Source: Candidatus Poribacteria bacterium
GTDB lineage: Bacteria; Poribacteria; WGA-4E; JAJDTR01
Assembly: GCA_965222225.1 (NCBI GenBank)
Contig: CBDCTK010000002.1
Coordinates: 4,896,001 to 4,960,000, forward strand
Reading direction: 5' to 3'
DNA length: 64,000 bases
Shown: piece after piece, positions 39,596-49,626 of the stretch
Numbering within the stretch: the first letter of the stretch is position 1
How the letters are laid out: each line of letters starts with the position of its first letter
Translations under genes and position numbers: made by a program
Notes under the pieces: model-generated
What the model saw: only the letters and a program-made list of their open reading frames with translations
What the model was told of the DNA's origin: nothing
Databases searched by the model: none

Positions 39596-40477
39596 ATGGC
39601 AAAATCATTGCTCATTCATGCTCACGCGAAAATCAACCTGTATCTCAATGTAACCGGTAAGCGTCCTGATGGTTATCATAATCTTGAAACAATTTTCCAC
39701 TCAATTCAACTCCACGACGATGTCATTCTCCGACCACTTGCGAGACGGGAAATTTTAATACGGTGCGACCACCCATTGGTACCGTGTGACACGCGAAATC
39801 TGGGATATCGAGCTGCTCAACTACTGATAAATCATACCGACACTATGTGCGGCGTTGAAGTCTCAATCAAGAAACGGATACCGGTGGCTGCGGGACTTGC
39901 GGGTGGCAGCGCAAATGCCGCAGCCGTTCTATGGGGCATGAATCAGCTGTTTGAATTCGGATTAACCCAAACCGACTTAATGTGCTTAGGTTTGCAATTA
40001 GGTGCGGATGTTCCGTTTTGCCTACTCGGTGGCGCTGCAATTGGTCGCGGAGTTGGAGAGATTCTAACCCCTTTACCCTCGCTAGAGGAGACTTACTTGC
40101 TGTTGGCAAACCCAGGGATTGAGGTAAGAACAAGCTGGGTCTTCCAGCATCTCCATTTTGCGTTGACTAACAAATCCGCAGATGATATAATTCTGCGAGG
40201 TTGCCTTGAGAATGGGGACCGGCGTGGTGTGGCTGAGAACATGTACAATTGCTTGGAAGTTCCGGTGTTTCTGAAATTTCCCGATGTTGAATCGCTCAAG
40301 TGTAAATTGGCGGGTTGCCACGGGAGCTATGGAGCGTTAATGTCGGGTAGCGGTGCGACTGTATTCTCTATCATGCGGGACGCCGCGAGCGCGCGCCAGG
40401 TTGCATCTAGATTTTGCGATAGATTGACATTCTGTACTGCAACACTCACGAGCGGTGCTAGCTTGTATCCGGCTTAA
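39596..40477 (+). CDS. ispE: 4-diphosphocytidyl-2-C-methyl-D-erythritol kinase
   Basis: AKINLYL, GYHNL, PVAAGLAGGS, LGADVPF and MSGSG. Confidence 0.96.
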   Translation: MAKSLLIHAHAKINLYLNVTGKRPDGYHNLETIFHSIQLHDDVILRPLARREILIRCDHPLVPCDTRNLGYRAAQLLINHTDTMCGVEVSIKKRIPVAAGLAGGSANAAAVLWGMNQLFEFGLTQTDLMCLGLQLGADVPFCLLGGAAIGRGVGEILTPLPSLEETYLLLANPGIEVRTSWVFQHLHFALTNKSADDIILRGCLENGDRRGVAENMYNCLEVPVFLKFPDVESLKCKLAGCHGSYGALMSGSGATVFSIMRDAASARQVASRFCDRLTFCTATLTSGASLYPA

Positions 40478-40549
40478 TGGGCGGTCGCCAAGTGGTAAGG
40501 CACGGGTCTTTGGAACCCGCATTCGTAGGTTCGAGTCCTACCCGCCCAG
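40478..40549 (+). tRNA. tRNA-Gln (anticodon TTG), CCA not encoded
   Basis: Acceptor stem TGGGCGG/CCGCCCA, D-loop AAGTGGTAA, anticodon arm CGGGT-CTTTGGA-ACCCG, T-arm GTAGG-TTCGAGT-CCTAC. Confidence 0.97.
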
Positions 40550-40757
40550 CACTCCAAGGGAAGTCCGTTATTATAGCGCTGGCTAATCCGATTTCGTTCC
40601 CACCTTTGATGAGCGTATCATTTCTAGAGTTGGCGCTATCATCACAATCAAGAAAACAGGCATTTTTCGCTGACAAAGAGCCGATGATGTCTGCGGGACA
40701 AGAAGCATTGTAGCAAATTTTGATCTTTACGGAAAAAAATGACTGGGAGCAAAATAC

Positions 40758-41420
40758 ATGCAACAGGTAAGACTAGAAGTTGAAAAGCGGAATACCTTTG
40801 GCAAGGGAAATGCTCGTGCGCTTCGGCGTGGGGGTTCGATCCCGGCTGTGCTATATGGGCGTCACGACGACGTGATTCCACTTCGGATTGATGAGCATGT
40901 TTTCCGTACATTCCTTCGGAAAAACAGTGAAAATGTGCTTATCGACCTGGACATAAAGGGGCACGGTACCGAGACAGCCATGATTCGAGAGATTCAGCAA
41001 CATCCCGTAATTAAGCGAACCTTGCTACACGCGGATTTCGTGCGTGTGTCTTTAGATGAACCGGTAACTGCAGCTATTCCGATTGTTCTAATCGGTACGC
41101 CTTTAGGTGTTCGAGAGAGTGATGGGGTACTGGAGTTTCCTCTCCGAGATCTGACAGTTCACTGTTTGCCTGGGCTCCTGCCCGATGAGATTCAAGTGGA
41201 CGTAAATGAATTAGACGTGAATGAAATTATCCACGTTGGGGATTTGGCCGTGGCTGAAGGGATTCAGGTATTGGATGATTCGCAAACCATGATTATCGCA
41301 GTCAGCCCACCAAAGGTTGAGGAAGTGGAAGCCGAAGAAATTGAGGGCGAAGAGGTGCTAGAACCCGAGCAGGAAGAACCTGAACTGATTACCCGTAAAC
41401 GTAGTGACGATGAAGAATGA
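40758..41420 (+). CDS. rplY: 50S ribosomal protein L25/Ctc
   Basis: RALRRGGSIPAVLYG, HADF, acidic tail. Confidence 0.95.
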   Translation: MQQVRLEVEKRNTFGKGNARALRRGGSIPAVLYGRHDDVIPLRIDEHVFRTFLRKNSENVLIDLDIKGHGTETAMIREIQQHPVIKRTLLHADFVRVSLDEPVTAAIPIVLIGTPLGVRESDGVLEFPLRDLTVHCLPGLLPDEIQVDVNELDVNEIIHVGDLAVAEGIQVLDDSQTMIIAVSPPKVEEVEAEEIEGEEVLEPEQEEPELITRKRSDDEE

Positions 41421-42550
41421 AGCTGGGCCGACGTTGTTTATACACTACCATCGCTTTGTGGACGTCAGTTGCTCTTAGTTTCCAGCAATCCCCCTCGATT
41501 CGTTTTGTGGATCGAGGGGGAAAGATGCTCGCCCAAGTTGAAACGGTCACCCGAGACGGAGTGCTGTATTTGCCAGTTATTGCGCTGCGTCGAATCGTTG
41601 ATTCCGACATGAGGAGGAAATACGACCTCACCGGCAAACTCACCCTAGTTCTCAATCAAAAACGTATCGAGTTGCACCTAGGAAAACCGTCCGCCACGGT
41701 TGCTGGGCAGCCAGTGCCAATAACACTATCCCACCCGCCGTTGGTCATCGACCAACGACCAATGCTCCCAATTACATTTTTTACAGAACTACTTCCCAAC
41801 ATATACGATCTTGAAGTGGCTTACAACCCTGAGCTTCAACGCGTGCGTATCGTGGAGACGAAGGATACACGTCCACTTGCAGGGCCACAAGAAGGGTTTC
41901 TTGTTGTCGTTAACCCGGGGCATGGAGGAACAGACAGGGGATATCAGGGAAGTGACGGCGTACTTGAGAAGGAAATTACACTAGCGATAGCTAAGCATGT
42001 TGAAGCCTATTGCCAACAGAATGGAATCCGGGTTGTACTCACACGAGAAGGGGATTATGAGAGACGTCCACTAGAACGTGTACAAATTGCGAATCAAAGC
42101 GGAGGCCAACTTTTCCTGAGCCTACATTGCAATGCTTCTTATACGGCTGAAGCGGAGGGCATTCACTTATACGTCAATAGTTCAGTGTGGCACCGCCAAT
42201 CGGACAATTCTACATCTTCTACCGGTAATGTACCCTATCACAGAGAAATTACGACACTTTCCCAAGAGGATTTCCTGGATCAAAGTCGAGGCCTTGCATC
42301 CATTTTTCGAGAGCAGTTGAAAACTTCTACGGAAGGCCTTACCCCATTGACAGAGATTCCGCTGACAACTTTGTCCGAGGTTTATATGCCTGCTCTCTTG
42401 ATTGAGCTTGGTTACTTATCGAATGCAGCAGATCAAGAAAAGCTTACCGACTTTGGCAGCCAAGAAGCCATAGCGGGAAGCATTGGGGCAGCAATTGTGG
42501 AGTATCGAAACGCACTCAAAACCGGACAGAATTCCAACAATGGCGAATAA
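41417..42550 (+). CDS. N-acetylmuramoyl-L-alanine amidase (Amidase_3) with an N-terminal stalk domain
   Basis: PGHGG, EKEITL, SLHCNA and LIELGYLSN. Confidence 0.88.
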   Translation: MKLGRRCLYTTIALWTSVALSFQQSPSIRFVDRGGKMLAQVETVTRDGVLYLPVIALRRIVDSDMRRKYDLTGKLTLVLNQKRIELHLGKPSATVAGQPVPITLSHPPLVIDQRPMLPITFFTELLPNIYDLEVAYNPELQRVRIVETKDTRPLAGPQEGFLVVVNPGHGGTDRGYQGSDGVLEKEITLAIAKHVEAYCQQNGIRVVLTREGDYERRPLERVQIANQSGGQLFLSLHCNASYTAEAEGIHLYVNSSVWHRQSDNSTSSTGNVPYHREITTLSQEDFLDQSRGLASIFREQLKTSTEGLTPLTEIPLTTLSEVYMPALLIELGYLSNAADQEKLTDFGSQEAIAGSIGAAIVEYRNALKTGQNSNNGE

Positions 42551-43163
42551 GTCTAAACGAGGACGGTTAAAATTCAAATTGCTTCTCGGTGCTGTCGTTG
42601 CTGCTGCTCTTGCTCTAGTCTCTGCATTTCTCTTTTTTAACCGTGCGGAAGTATTGCCACCTCGACCACCGCTGCCACCTGCTGCAAGTTCTCCGAATAC
42701 CTCCCCACCACTCCAACAAATCAAGCTAGTTTTTTTTCAACCGGAATCGCTTGAACTCGTTGACTTTGTACGGGAGTTGCGTCTATCTAACGACAACCCT
42801 GAGCGCCTTAAACAAATTATCAATGCACTCCTTGAAGGGCCTCCACCTACCTTGATGAACACTATCCCCAAGGGGACGCTTCTATACGAGGTGTATCTTG
42901 ACGAGCAGTCCACCGCTTACTTGGATTTTTCGGGCGCCTTAAGCGCCGCGCATATCGGTGGTACCACAGCGGAATCACTGACTGTTCAGACAATTCTAAA
43001 AACAGTCCAATCAAATTTTGGCGAAGACATACAGAATGCGCAACTACTCATTGAAGGCCAAGAAGTTGATACGATTGCTGGGCACGTTGATATTTCAAAG
43101 CCTTTATCATTAGCGGCAATTCTACAAGAGGACCGAGGCCAATCGTATAAGGGGTTGCAGTAA
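42540..43163 (+). CDS. GerMN domain protein
   Basis: N-terminal TM helix; IINALLEGP, AYLDFS and TIAGHVDIS. Confidence 0.85.
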   Translation: MANKSKRGRLKFKLLLGAVVAAALALVSAFLFFNRAEVLPPRPPLPPAASSPNTSPPLQQIKLVFFQPESLELVDFVRELRLSNDNPERLKQIINALLEGPPPTLMNTIPKGTLLYEVYLDEQSTAYLDFSGALSAAHIGGTTAESLTVQTILKTVQSNFGEDIQNAQLLIEGQEVDTIAGHVDISKPLSLAAILQEDRGQSYKGLQ

Positions 43164-43220
43164 CCAGAAAATCTTTTCGTTGCACTACTGGATTAGTGAA
43201 TCTCTGGAGTCCATCAAATC

Positions 43221-43823
43221 ATGTTTCGGCTGAAAAACAGAGTCATAGCATGTAACCCGTGTAAATTGATTGTTGGTCTCGGAAACCCGGGGCGACGGTA
43301 CGAGATGACAAAGCACAATGTTGGTTTTTGGGTCATTGACGAGCTTTTGCAGAGATGTGGAATTGGGAAGTTGAGAGGAATGTGTGGAGCACTTGCGGGT
43401 ACGACGAAATGGGACGGGGACGAACCAATATACGCTAAACCAACTACCTACATGAACAACAGCGGCGAGGCAGTTGCCGCGTTGGTTCACAGATTCAATC
43501 TCTCATTCTCCGATTTGTGCGTTGTATACGACGATCTTAACCTGGAGATTGGGGTATTGCGATTGCGAAAGAAAGGTAGCGATGGCGGACACAACGGCAT
43601 GAAGTCGATTATTCGTTACCTTAACACAGAAGAATTCCCTCGCTTGCGAATAGGCATTGGTGCGCCAACCCATAGTCAAATTGATTATGTGTTGAGTGAG
43701 TTTGATGAACTCGACCAAGTTAGGATAAACCATGTTGTTCAACGGGCTGCGGACGCGGTCGAAATGCTAATAGAAGACGGAATTCAGACTGCGATTAATC
43801 AATTTAACGGCAGAATTGAGTGA
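43221..43823 (+). CDS. pth: Peptidyl-tRNA hydrolase
   Basis: GLGNPG, HNVGF, KPTTYMN, DDL and GGHNG. Confidence 0.96.
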   Translation: MFRLKNRVIACNPCKLIVGLGNPGRRYEMTKHNVGFWVIDELLQRCGIGKLRGMCGALAGTTKWDGDEPIYAKPTTYMNNSGEAVAALVHRFNLSFSDLCVVYDDLNLEIGVLRLRKKGSDGGHNGMKSIIRYLNTEEFPRLRIGIGAPTHSQIDYVLSEFDELDQVRINHVVQRAADAVEMLIEDGIQTAINQFNGRIE

Positions 43824-44053
43824 CTGACTGGCACATGCGAGTGATAAGAATGCATACAGACAACACGCGCTGATGTGTTTTCGTTATTCATTTTGGTTGG
43901 AGGATCGGAGTTGATAAGGTACTGCCAGCACTTTAACATACATTACCCAGAGTAAGCATCATGTATTCTGTTCACGAACAAAATAGCCGAAATAGTTGGT
44001 GAAGAGACCGATAGACATTCCTATTGGTTGCGCGACCCCAAGGAATTTGACAC

Positions 44054-45565
44054 ATGAAGCATACTGAATTTATTGTTATATGTCTCGTTGCCATATTGAC
44101 AGGGGCATCGTTAGGAGGCGCGGTAGACATAGATCCGGCAGAGGTAGAGAAAATGTTTCGCTTACCGCAGGATGATTGGTTGAATTTAGAACTAATGGGC
44201 ACAAAAGCCGGTTACGCGCACATTTATATGGATAGTGCGGTTTACGAAGGCGAAGATGTTCTACGAACACGCATTGACATGGTCATTGAGGTGAAACGAG
44301 GGGACTGGGGGTTGCGCTTTGAGAACACCCGAATCTCCTATATAGGGATGGATCTCATCCCCCGCCATTTTGTTTTGACCTCGAATGAAACTGGTGCCGA
44401 GAAGCGAGTTGAAGGACGTGTTAAGGAGGGGATTGCCTACATAGAAACCACGCTTGCCGGAAAAACAACACAATCCGAAAAACCGATTCCACCTGACGCT
44501 ATTTTCGAGCAGACAATCCCTTATCTCCTGCTCAAAGAAGGCATATCGGTTGAGGATGAGTATCAACTACAGATTTTCAACCTCGATCTCCTCCAATCTG
44601 TGGGCACAAGGGTCAAAGTCGTCCGTGAAGACCAAATCGATTGTGAAGGACAGGGCGTGCCTGTTTATGTGGTCGAATATACAATGGACATAATGGGAGG
44701 TCTAACGACTGTAGCATGGATTAGTTCGGAAGGTCGGACGTACCGGACAGAAATTCCCTTGACGGGTTTCCCTTTGGTACTGACAAAGACCGATATGCAG
44801 ACCGCACTAGGAGAAACAGGGCAAGTCGATGTGATTTTGAACACCAAGATTTATCCACAAGGAAAGCGACCGATAGCCAATTCGCCGCATCTGAAAGCCG
44901 CACTACGATTGGCAAAAGGAATTTTGAGGGAAGCTGTGAAGACTGACCACCGACAGAGTATAATCAGTGCCGAGGATAATCCTAATATCGGAGTTTTGGA
45001 AATCAATGTTCCACCGGTTGACCTCTCGAATACGCCGTCGTTACCGCTTTCTTTGGAGGAATCGCAGATTGAACTTGCGCAATTTCTTAAACCGAGTGTA
45101 TACATTCAGGCGGACCATTCTGCGATTCACGCGAAAGCGGTTGAAATCTTGAACGGGGAAACCAACTCGTGGAAGGCGGCTAAAAAATTGTGTCACTGGG
45201 TTCACGAGAACGTTTCCGACAAAAATCTGCAAACGGGTTTCGGTTCCTCACTACAAACTCTTGAATCCTTGGAAGGGGATTGCACGGAGCATACGGTACT
45301 TTTCATTGCACTGGCACGCTCGGCAGGTATTCCGGCGCGCATCTGCGCGGGAATCGTATTTCAGCGAGATGCGTTCTATTACCATTTCTGGCCCGAGGTC
45401 TACGCGGGTGAATGGATAGCAATGGAGCCAACGCTCGGGAAGCTTCAAGCCGATGCCAATCACATCCAACTGGCGGGCAGCACATTGGAATCCGACTCCA
45501 TGCTGGAGTATGGCGAAGGTGTTCTGCGGACGTTGAATCAACTAGAGATTGAGGTGATTGAATGA
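44054..45565 (+). CDS. Secreted transglutaminase-like domain protein
   Basis: Signal peptide; GDCTEH, HFWPEVY and WIAMEPT. Confidence 0.85.
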   Translation: MKHTEFIVICLVAILTGASLGGAVDIDPAEVEKMFRLPQDDWLNLELMGTKAGYAHIYMDSAVYEGEDVLRTRIDMVIEVKRGDWGLRFENTRISYIGMDLIPRHFVLTSNETGAEKRVEGRVKEGIAYIETTLAGKTTQSEKPIPPDAIFEQTIPYLLLKEGISVEDEYQLQIFNLDLLQSVGTRVKVVREDQIDCEGQGVPVYVVEYTMDIMGGLTTVAWISSEGRTYRTEIPLTGFPLVLTKTDMQTALGETGQVDVILNTKIYPQGKRPIANSPHLKAALRLAKGILREAVKTDHRQSIISAEDNPNIGVLEINVPPVDLSNTPSLPLSLEESQIELAQFLKPSVYIQADHSAIHAKAVEILNGETNSWKAAKKLCHWVHENVSDKNLQTGFGSSLQTLESLEGDCTEHTVLFIALARSAGIPARICAGIVFQRDAFYYHFWPEVYAGEWIAMEPTLGKLQADANHIQLAGSTLESDSMLEYGEGVLRTLNQLEIEVIE

Positions 45566-45678
45566 GGAATTTCTATGATTCGACAACCAGTACCTATCAA
45601 TATGCCATTTACACAAATACCGTTTTGATGGCGATGCATTGGACCAACGAATAATTCGACGTAACACTGAAGGGAACA

Positions 45679-46800
45679 TTGATGCTTAAAGGATTGTTCA
45701 AACGAAAAAGGGATGATGAAGAGAAACAACCGCTACGAGAACAGCGAGAGAACGCAGATTTTACTGCTAAATCGGACATGGGGCAAGTCCACGATGGGCC
45801 GCCTGACACTCTGCCTCCCGCACTAAACGACGACCTTGCAGGGAAAACAGGTTGGTTAAGTCGCCTCAAAGCCGGTTTGTCGAAAACGCGAAACAACCTC
45901 ATGGGTCAAATCGAGAATTTGCTTCGCGTTGGCAGGAAGATTGATGAAGAACTGCTGGAGGAGATAGAAGAGATTCTGATCCAAGCCGATGTCGGTATTG
46001 ACACGACGCTGTTGCTGATGGACAATGTTCGGGTGAGAGTGAAATCTCGAGGGCTGAGTGATTCAGCGGTCTTGGGGGAAATTATTAAACAGGAGATTCT
46101 CAATATCCTTGGAGACGACAAGCCGCTGGATATTGACGCTGCGTCTCCATACACGATACTTGTGCTTGGCGTGAATGGCGCTGGCAAAACCACCACAATT
46201 GGCAAACTCGCACATCGCTTCAAGTCCGAGGGAAAGCACGTCCTGATTGCAGCCGGTGACACTTTCCGTGCGGCAGCCGCCGATCAACTCTCAATCTGGT
46301 CGGACCGCGCTAATGTTGACTTGATACGTGGCAGTGATGGATCGGATCCGGCGTCGGTCATCTTTGACGCGGTTCAGGCTGCCAAATCCCGTCACGCGGA
46401 TGTCTTGATTGCCGACACTGCCGGACGGCTTCATACAAAAAGACCGTTGATGGACGAATTATCAAAGATTGGACGTGTGATGGCGCGTGACCTTCCGGGG
46501 GCGCCCCACGAGGTGTTGCTTGTGATTGACGGAACAGCGGGACAGAATGCCATTATCCAGGCGAAGGTTTTTAATGAGGCCGTTCCAGTGACTGGCGTGG
46601 CTGTCACGAAATTGGATGGAACCGCTAAAGGTGGCATTGTTATTGCCGTGAAAGGAGAAATCGGTGCCCCCGTGAAGTTGATTGGCATCGGAGAGAAACT
46701 GGACGATTTACAAGATTTTTCTGCAACGGAATTTGTGGACGCACTCTTTGTGCGAGACGAAACTCCCCGAGAGGACTTAAGAGTAGCCAGAAATACTTGA
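45679..46800 (+). CDS. ftsY: SRP receptor FtsY
   Basis: GVNGAGKTTT, DTFRAAA, DTAGR and TKLDGTAKGG. Confidence 0.97.
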   Translation: MMLKGLFKRKRDDEEKQPLREQRENADFTAKSDMGQVHDGPPDTLPPALNDDLAGKTGWLSRLKAGLSKTRNNLMGQIENLLRVGRKIDEELLEEIEEILIQADVGIDTTLLLMDNVRVRVKSRGLSDSAVLGEIIKQEILNILGDDKPLDIDAASPYTILVLGVNGAGKTTTIGKLAHRFKSEGKHVLIAAGDTFRAAAADQLSIWSDRANVDLIRGSDGSDPASVIFDAVQAAKSRHADVLIADTAGRLHTKRPLMDELSKIGRVMARDLPGAPHEVLLVIDGTAGQNAIIQAKVFNEAVPVTGVAVTKLDGTAKGGIVIAVKGEIGAPVKLIGIGEKLDDLQDFSATEFVDALFVRDETPREDLRVARNT

Positions 46801-46847
46801 CTGTGAAAACACCAAAAATCTTTACTACGTGAAGGAATATTCTAACA

Positions 46848-47957
46848 TTGGCCTCAAAAGATGAACTTAAGTCGATTCTGAATGCCCCAATATTTCTGGC
46901 GCCAAATACATTTCTACATTTCTATGGCGGCGGAAAACTACGGGCGGAATTCATGGGGGAACCTGAACCTAAAGATGATTACCGATCTGAAGAATGGATG
47001 TTTTCAACAAATCGCGCAATCACTCCAGGCCGCGATAATCCACCGGATAAAGGGTTTAGTCGCATTCAACTTCCAGGCGGCGAAATGGTGTTGCTCAAGC
47101 ACCTGTTGGAGGCGTTTCCCAATGAAACGCTGGGTGAGCGCCATGTCGATAAATTCGGTCCGAATTTGGGAGTGCTCCTCAAAATCTTTGATGTCGGCGA
47201 CAATTCCCACATTCCTATCCACTGGCACCCCGCACCCGAGTTCGCCCAAGAACACCTCAATTCCCCGTTCGGCAAAACCGAGGCGTGGATTATCATTGGG
47301 ACAAGACCCGGCGCGAAGGCTTGGATTGGATGCAAGGAGACCCTTTCAAGGGCGGAATTTGCGGAGTTGATGCACGGGCAGGACATTGAATCTTTGCGCA
47401 GTTTGATGCACTTTCTAGAGCCGAAAGTTGGCGAGGTCATTTACGTTCCACCCGGCGTCATCCATTCGCTCGGCAGCGGCTTGTGTGTTCTTGAGCCGCA
47501 AGAGCCAACTGACTGGAGTATTCTAGCCGAATGGGAGGGATTCCCATATGAGAGTGAGGACGGGACGCTCGGGCTGGGCTGGGATCTGGCGCTTAAAGCG
47601 GCAGATTTTAACAAGCTTGAGGTAGATGAATTGAATGGCTATATCAAGCGGACGCCGGAAAAGATTCGAGGAGAAAACGGAAACCACGAGGAACGGCTAC
47701 TTCCTGACGAGGCAACGCCATATTTTCAGGCATCACGTTTAATCATCGATTCAAAGCTGAACATGCCTGCGGGGAGAGGATTTCACTGCCTCGTAATCTT
47801 ACAAGGTCGAGGTAAACTGAGTGGCACGTTTGATGATATTCCGATTGAGCGTGGAAAATCGGCCTTTATTCCTGCCTGCCTCTCAGCGTACGACATTGTC
47901 AACGCGGGTGACATGCCGATGGAAGTCGTCTGCTGCTATCCACCAGCCGTGACTTAA
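46848..47957 (+). CDS. Class I mannose-6-phosphate isomerase-like cupin
   Basis: PIHWHP, KTEAW, IHSLG and EPQEPTD. Confidence 0.8.
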   Translation: MASKDELKSILNAPIFLAPNTFLHFYGGGKLRAEFMGEPEPKDDYRSEEWMFSTNRAITPGRDNPPDKGFSRIQLPGGEMVLLKHLLEAFPNETLGERHVDKFGPNLGVLLKIFDVGDNSHIPIHWHPAPEFAQEHLNSPFGKTEAWIIIGTRPGAKAWIGCKETLSRAEFAELMHGQDIESLRSLMHFLEPKVGEVIYVPPGVIHSLGSGLCVLEPQEPTDWSILAEWEGFPYESEDGTLGLGWDLALKAADFNKLEVDELNGYIKRTPEKIRGENGNHEERLLPDEATPYFQASRLIIDSKLNMPAGRGFHCLVILQGRGKLSGTFDDIPIERGKSAFIPACLSAYDIVNAGDMPMEVVCCYPPAVT

Positions 47958-48013
47958 CCTGCTGGCTGTGCCGTGAATACGCTCTAGAGATTTGGCATTC
48001 CGTCCGTTACTTG

Positions 48014-48253
48014 TACCATTTCGTTTGAATAACGTTGCGTATAATGTTTTGCAATTATACTACTATGAAGAAACCAATGCCAACCATTACCTTGTACACC
48101 AACCCTGGTAGGCGGGGATCAAGCGAACGATCAACTGAACGAATAGTGAAGGCGATAGTAAATCCTGTAGTGAGTGCGATAGAGATCTTATTGCCCCGCA
48201 TTGGAGACACTTGATTGACGCCAGCAATGCACTACGAATCTAGGGAAATGGTA
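48014..48253. mobile_element. MITE-like element (TACCATTTC...GAAATGGTA) carrying a GTAG-REP with nested GA-hairpin units
   Basis: Perfect 9-bp terminal inverted repeats; REP GTAGGCGGGG...CCCCGC at 48108-48199; unit 48130-48164 nested inside unit 48118-48187. Confidence 0.7.
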
Positions 48254-49573
48254 TTAGAATGCCCCCATGAATTTGGCTTGCCGCGCTTTTTCTTCGTCCA
48301 CGAAACTCAATAGAATGAGGCCCACGACAAAAAAGAGCATTAGAGAAATGATGGAAAGCCGTGCGGTTCCGGTCACCTGCCGGATGACTGCAAATGCGAT
48401 GGGCCCCCAAATCGCGGAAAATTTTGCAAACACAGAGTAGAATCCGTAAAACTCGGCGCTAGCTTCCTCTGGTACCATGGAGCCGTACAGAGAGCGGCTC
48501 AATGCTTGTGAGCCTCCGAGCACAACCCCGACGATGACGCCCAATACGAAAAATTCAGTGGCGGAATGCAGAAAATAGGCGTAGGTGACAACACCGCTCC
48601 AAAGGACGAGTGACAGCATCACCGCCCGCTTCGCTCCAATTTTGCCCCCTAGCCACCCGAATAAGGGCGCACCAGCCGCAGCGATAATCTGGATGACTAG
48701 CAGTGTTACCATTAACACGGTAACAGATAGATTCAACTCTTCTGTTCCGTAGATTGATGCCATGCTAATTACGGTCTGGATGCCATCGTTATAAACCATA
48801 AACGCAATCAAAAAAAGCAGAAGATGCTTGAACTGTCGAACCTTTCTCGCCGTTTTGAGCGTGCGTTCCACTCCGATGGCAATGTACGCTATGATTAAAG
48901 GTTTGGATTGGTGCTTTTCCGGAATCTCTTTTCTACCCTCGCCCTCCTTCAGTAATTTCAACGTGAAGAGTGTAAATCCGCCCCACCACAGCCCTGCCAT
49001 TGATATCCCGATGCGAGCGGCGAGTGCCTGTTCGATTCCGATTATCTTGTAACCAGCCACCAAGCCGAGAGCGATTGCAAATTGCAATCCCCCACCGACG
49101 TAGCCGAAAGAGAATCCCTTCGCCGAAACTCTGTCAAGTTTGTCCTCAGAGGCAATCTGAGGCAGAAACGCGTCGTAGAAGACATTTGCGCACACATAAC
49201 CGAATTGGGCAATAACAAAGATGATTACTGTTTTCCATATATCTCCCGACTGACAGAAATACAGCAGTGTGGTAAACAGACTGCCTGTATAGGCAAAGGA
49301 TAAGAGAAATTTCTTTTTCGCCGAAGAGAAGTCGGAAATGGCGCCGAGCACAGGGGCAAACAGAAATGCAAGAAACGCGGCAAAGCCAATCATGTACCCC
49401 CATAGAGAGGTGGCACTGATCGTGCTATTCCCGATTTGAACTCCTTCTGTTCCTACAATTACTCTCGCGAAGTAGCTTTGTAAGAGCCCAGCGACTACGG
49501 TTGTGACATAGGCAGAGTTTGCCCAGTCGTACATGCACCAACCGAAGATGGTCCGTTTCTCATTTTTAATCAT
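48254..49573 (-). CDS. MFS transporter (UMF1/ATG22-like)
   Basis: WCMYDWANSAY, FYDAFLP and QALSRSL; ~12 TM segments. Confidence 0.92.
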   Translation of the reverse strand: MIKNEKRTIFGWCMYDWANSAYVTTVVAGLLQSYFARVIVGTEGVQIGNSTISATSLWGYMIGFAAFLAFLFAPVLGAISDFSSAKKKFLLSFAYTGSLFTTLLYFCQSGDIWKTVIIFVIAQFGYVCANVFYDAFLPQIASEDKLDRVSAKGFSFGYVGGGLQFAIALGLVAGYKIIGIEQALAARIGISMAGLWWGGFTLFTLKLLKEGEGRKEIPEKHQSKPLIIAYIAIGVERTLKTARKVRQFKHLLLFLIAFMVYNDGIQTVISMASIYGTEELNLSVTVLMVTLLVIQIIAAAGAPLFGWLGGKIGAKRAVMLSLVLWSGVVTYAYFLHSATEFFVLGVIVGVVLGGSQALSRSLYGSMVPEEASAEFYGFYSVFAKFSAIWGPIAFAVIRQVTGTARLSIISLMLFFVVGLILLSFVDEEKARQAKFMGAF

Positions 49574-49626
49574 TGTGTCGAGATGGCACGGGTAACAATA
49601 CCTTGCCAGCGTTGCTTCAACGAAGA

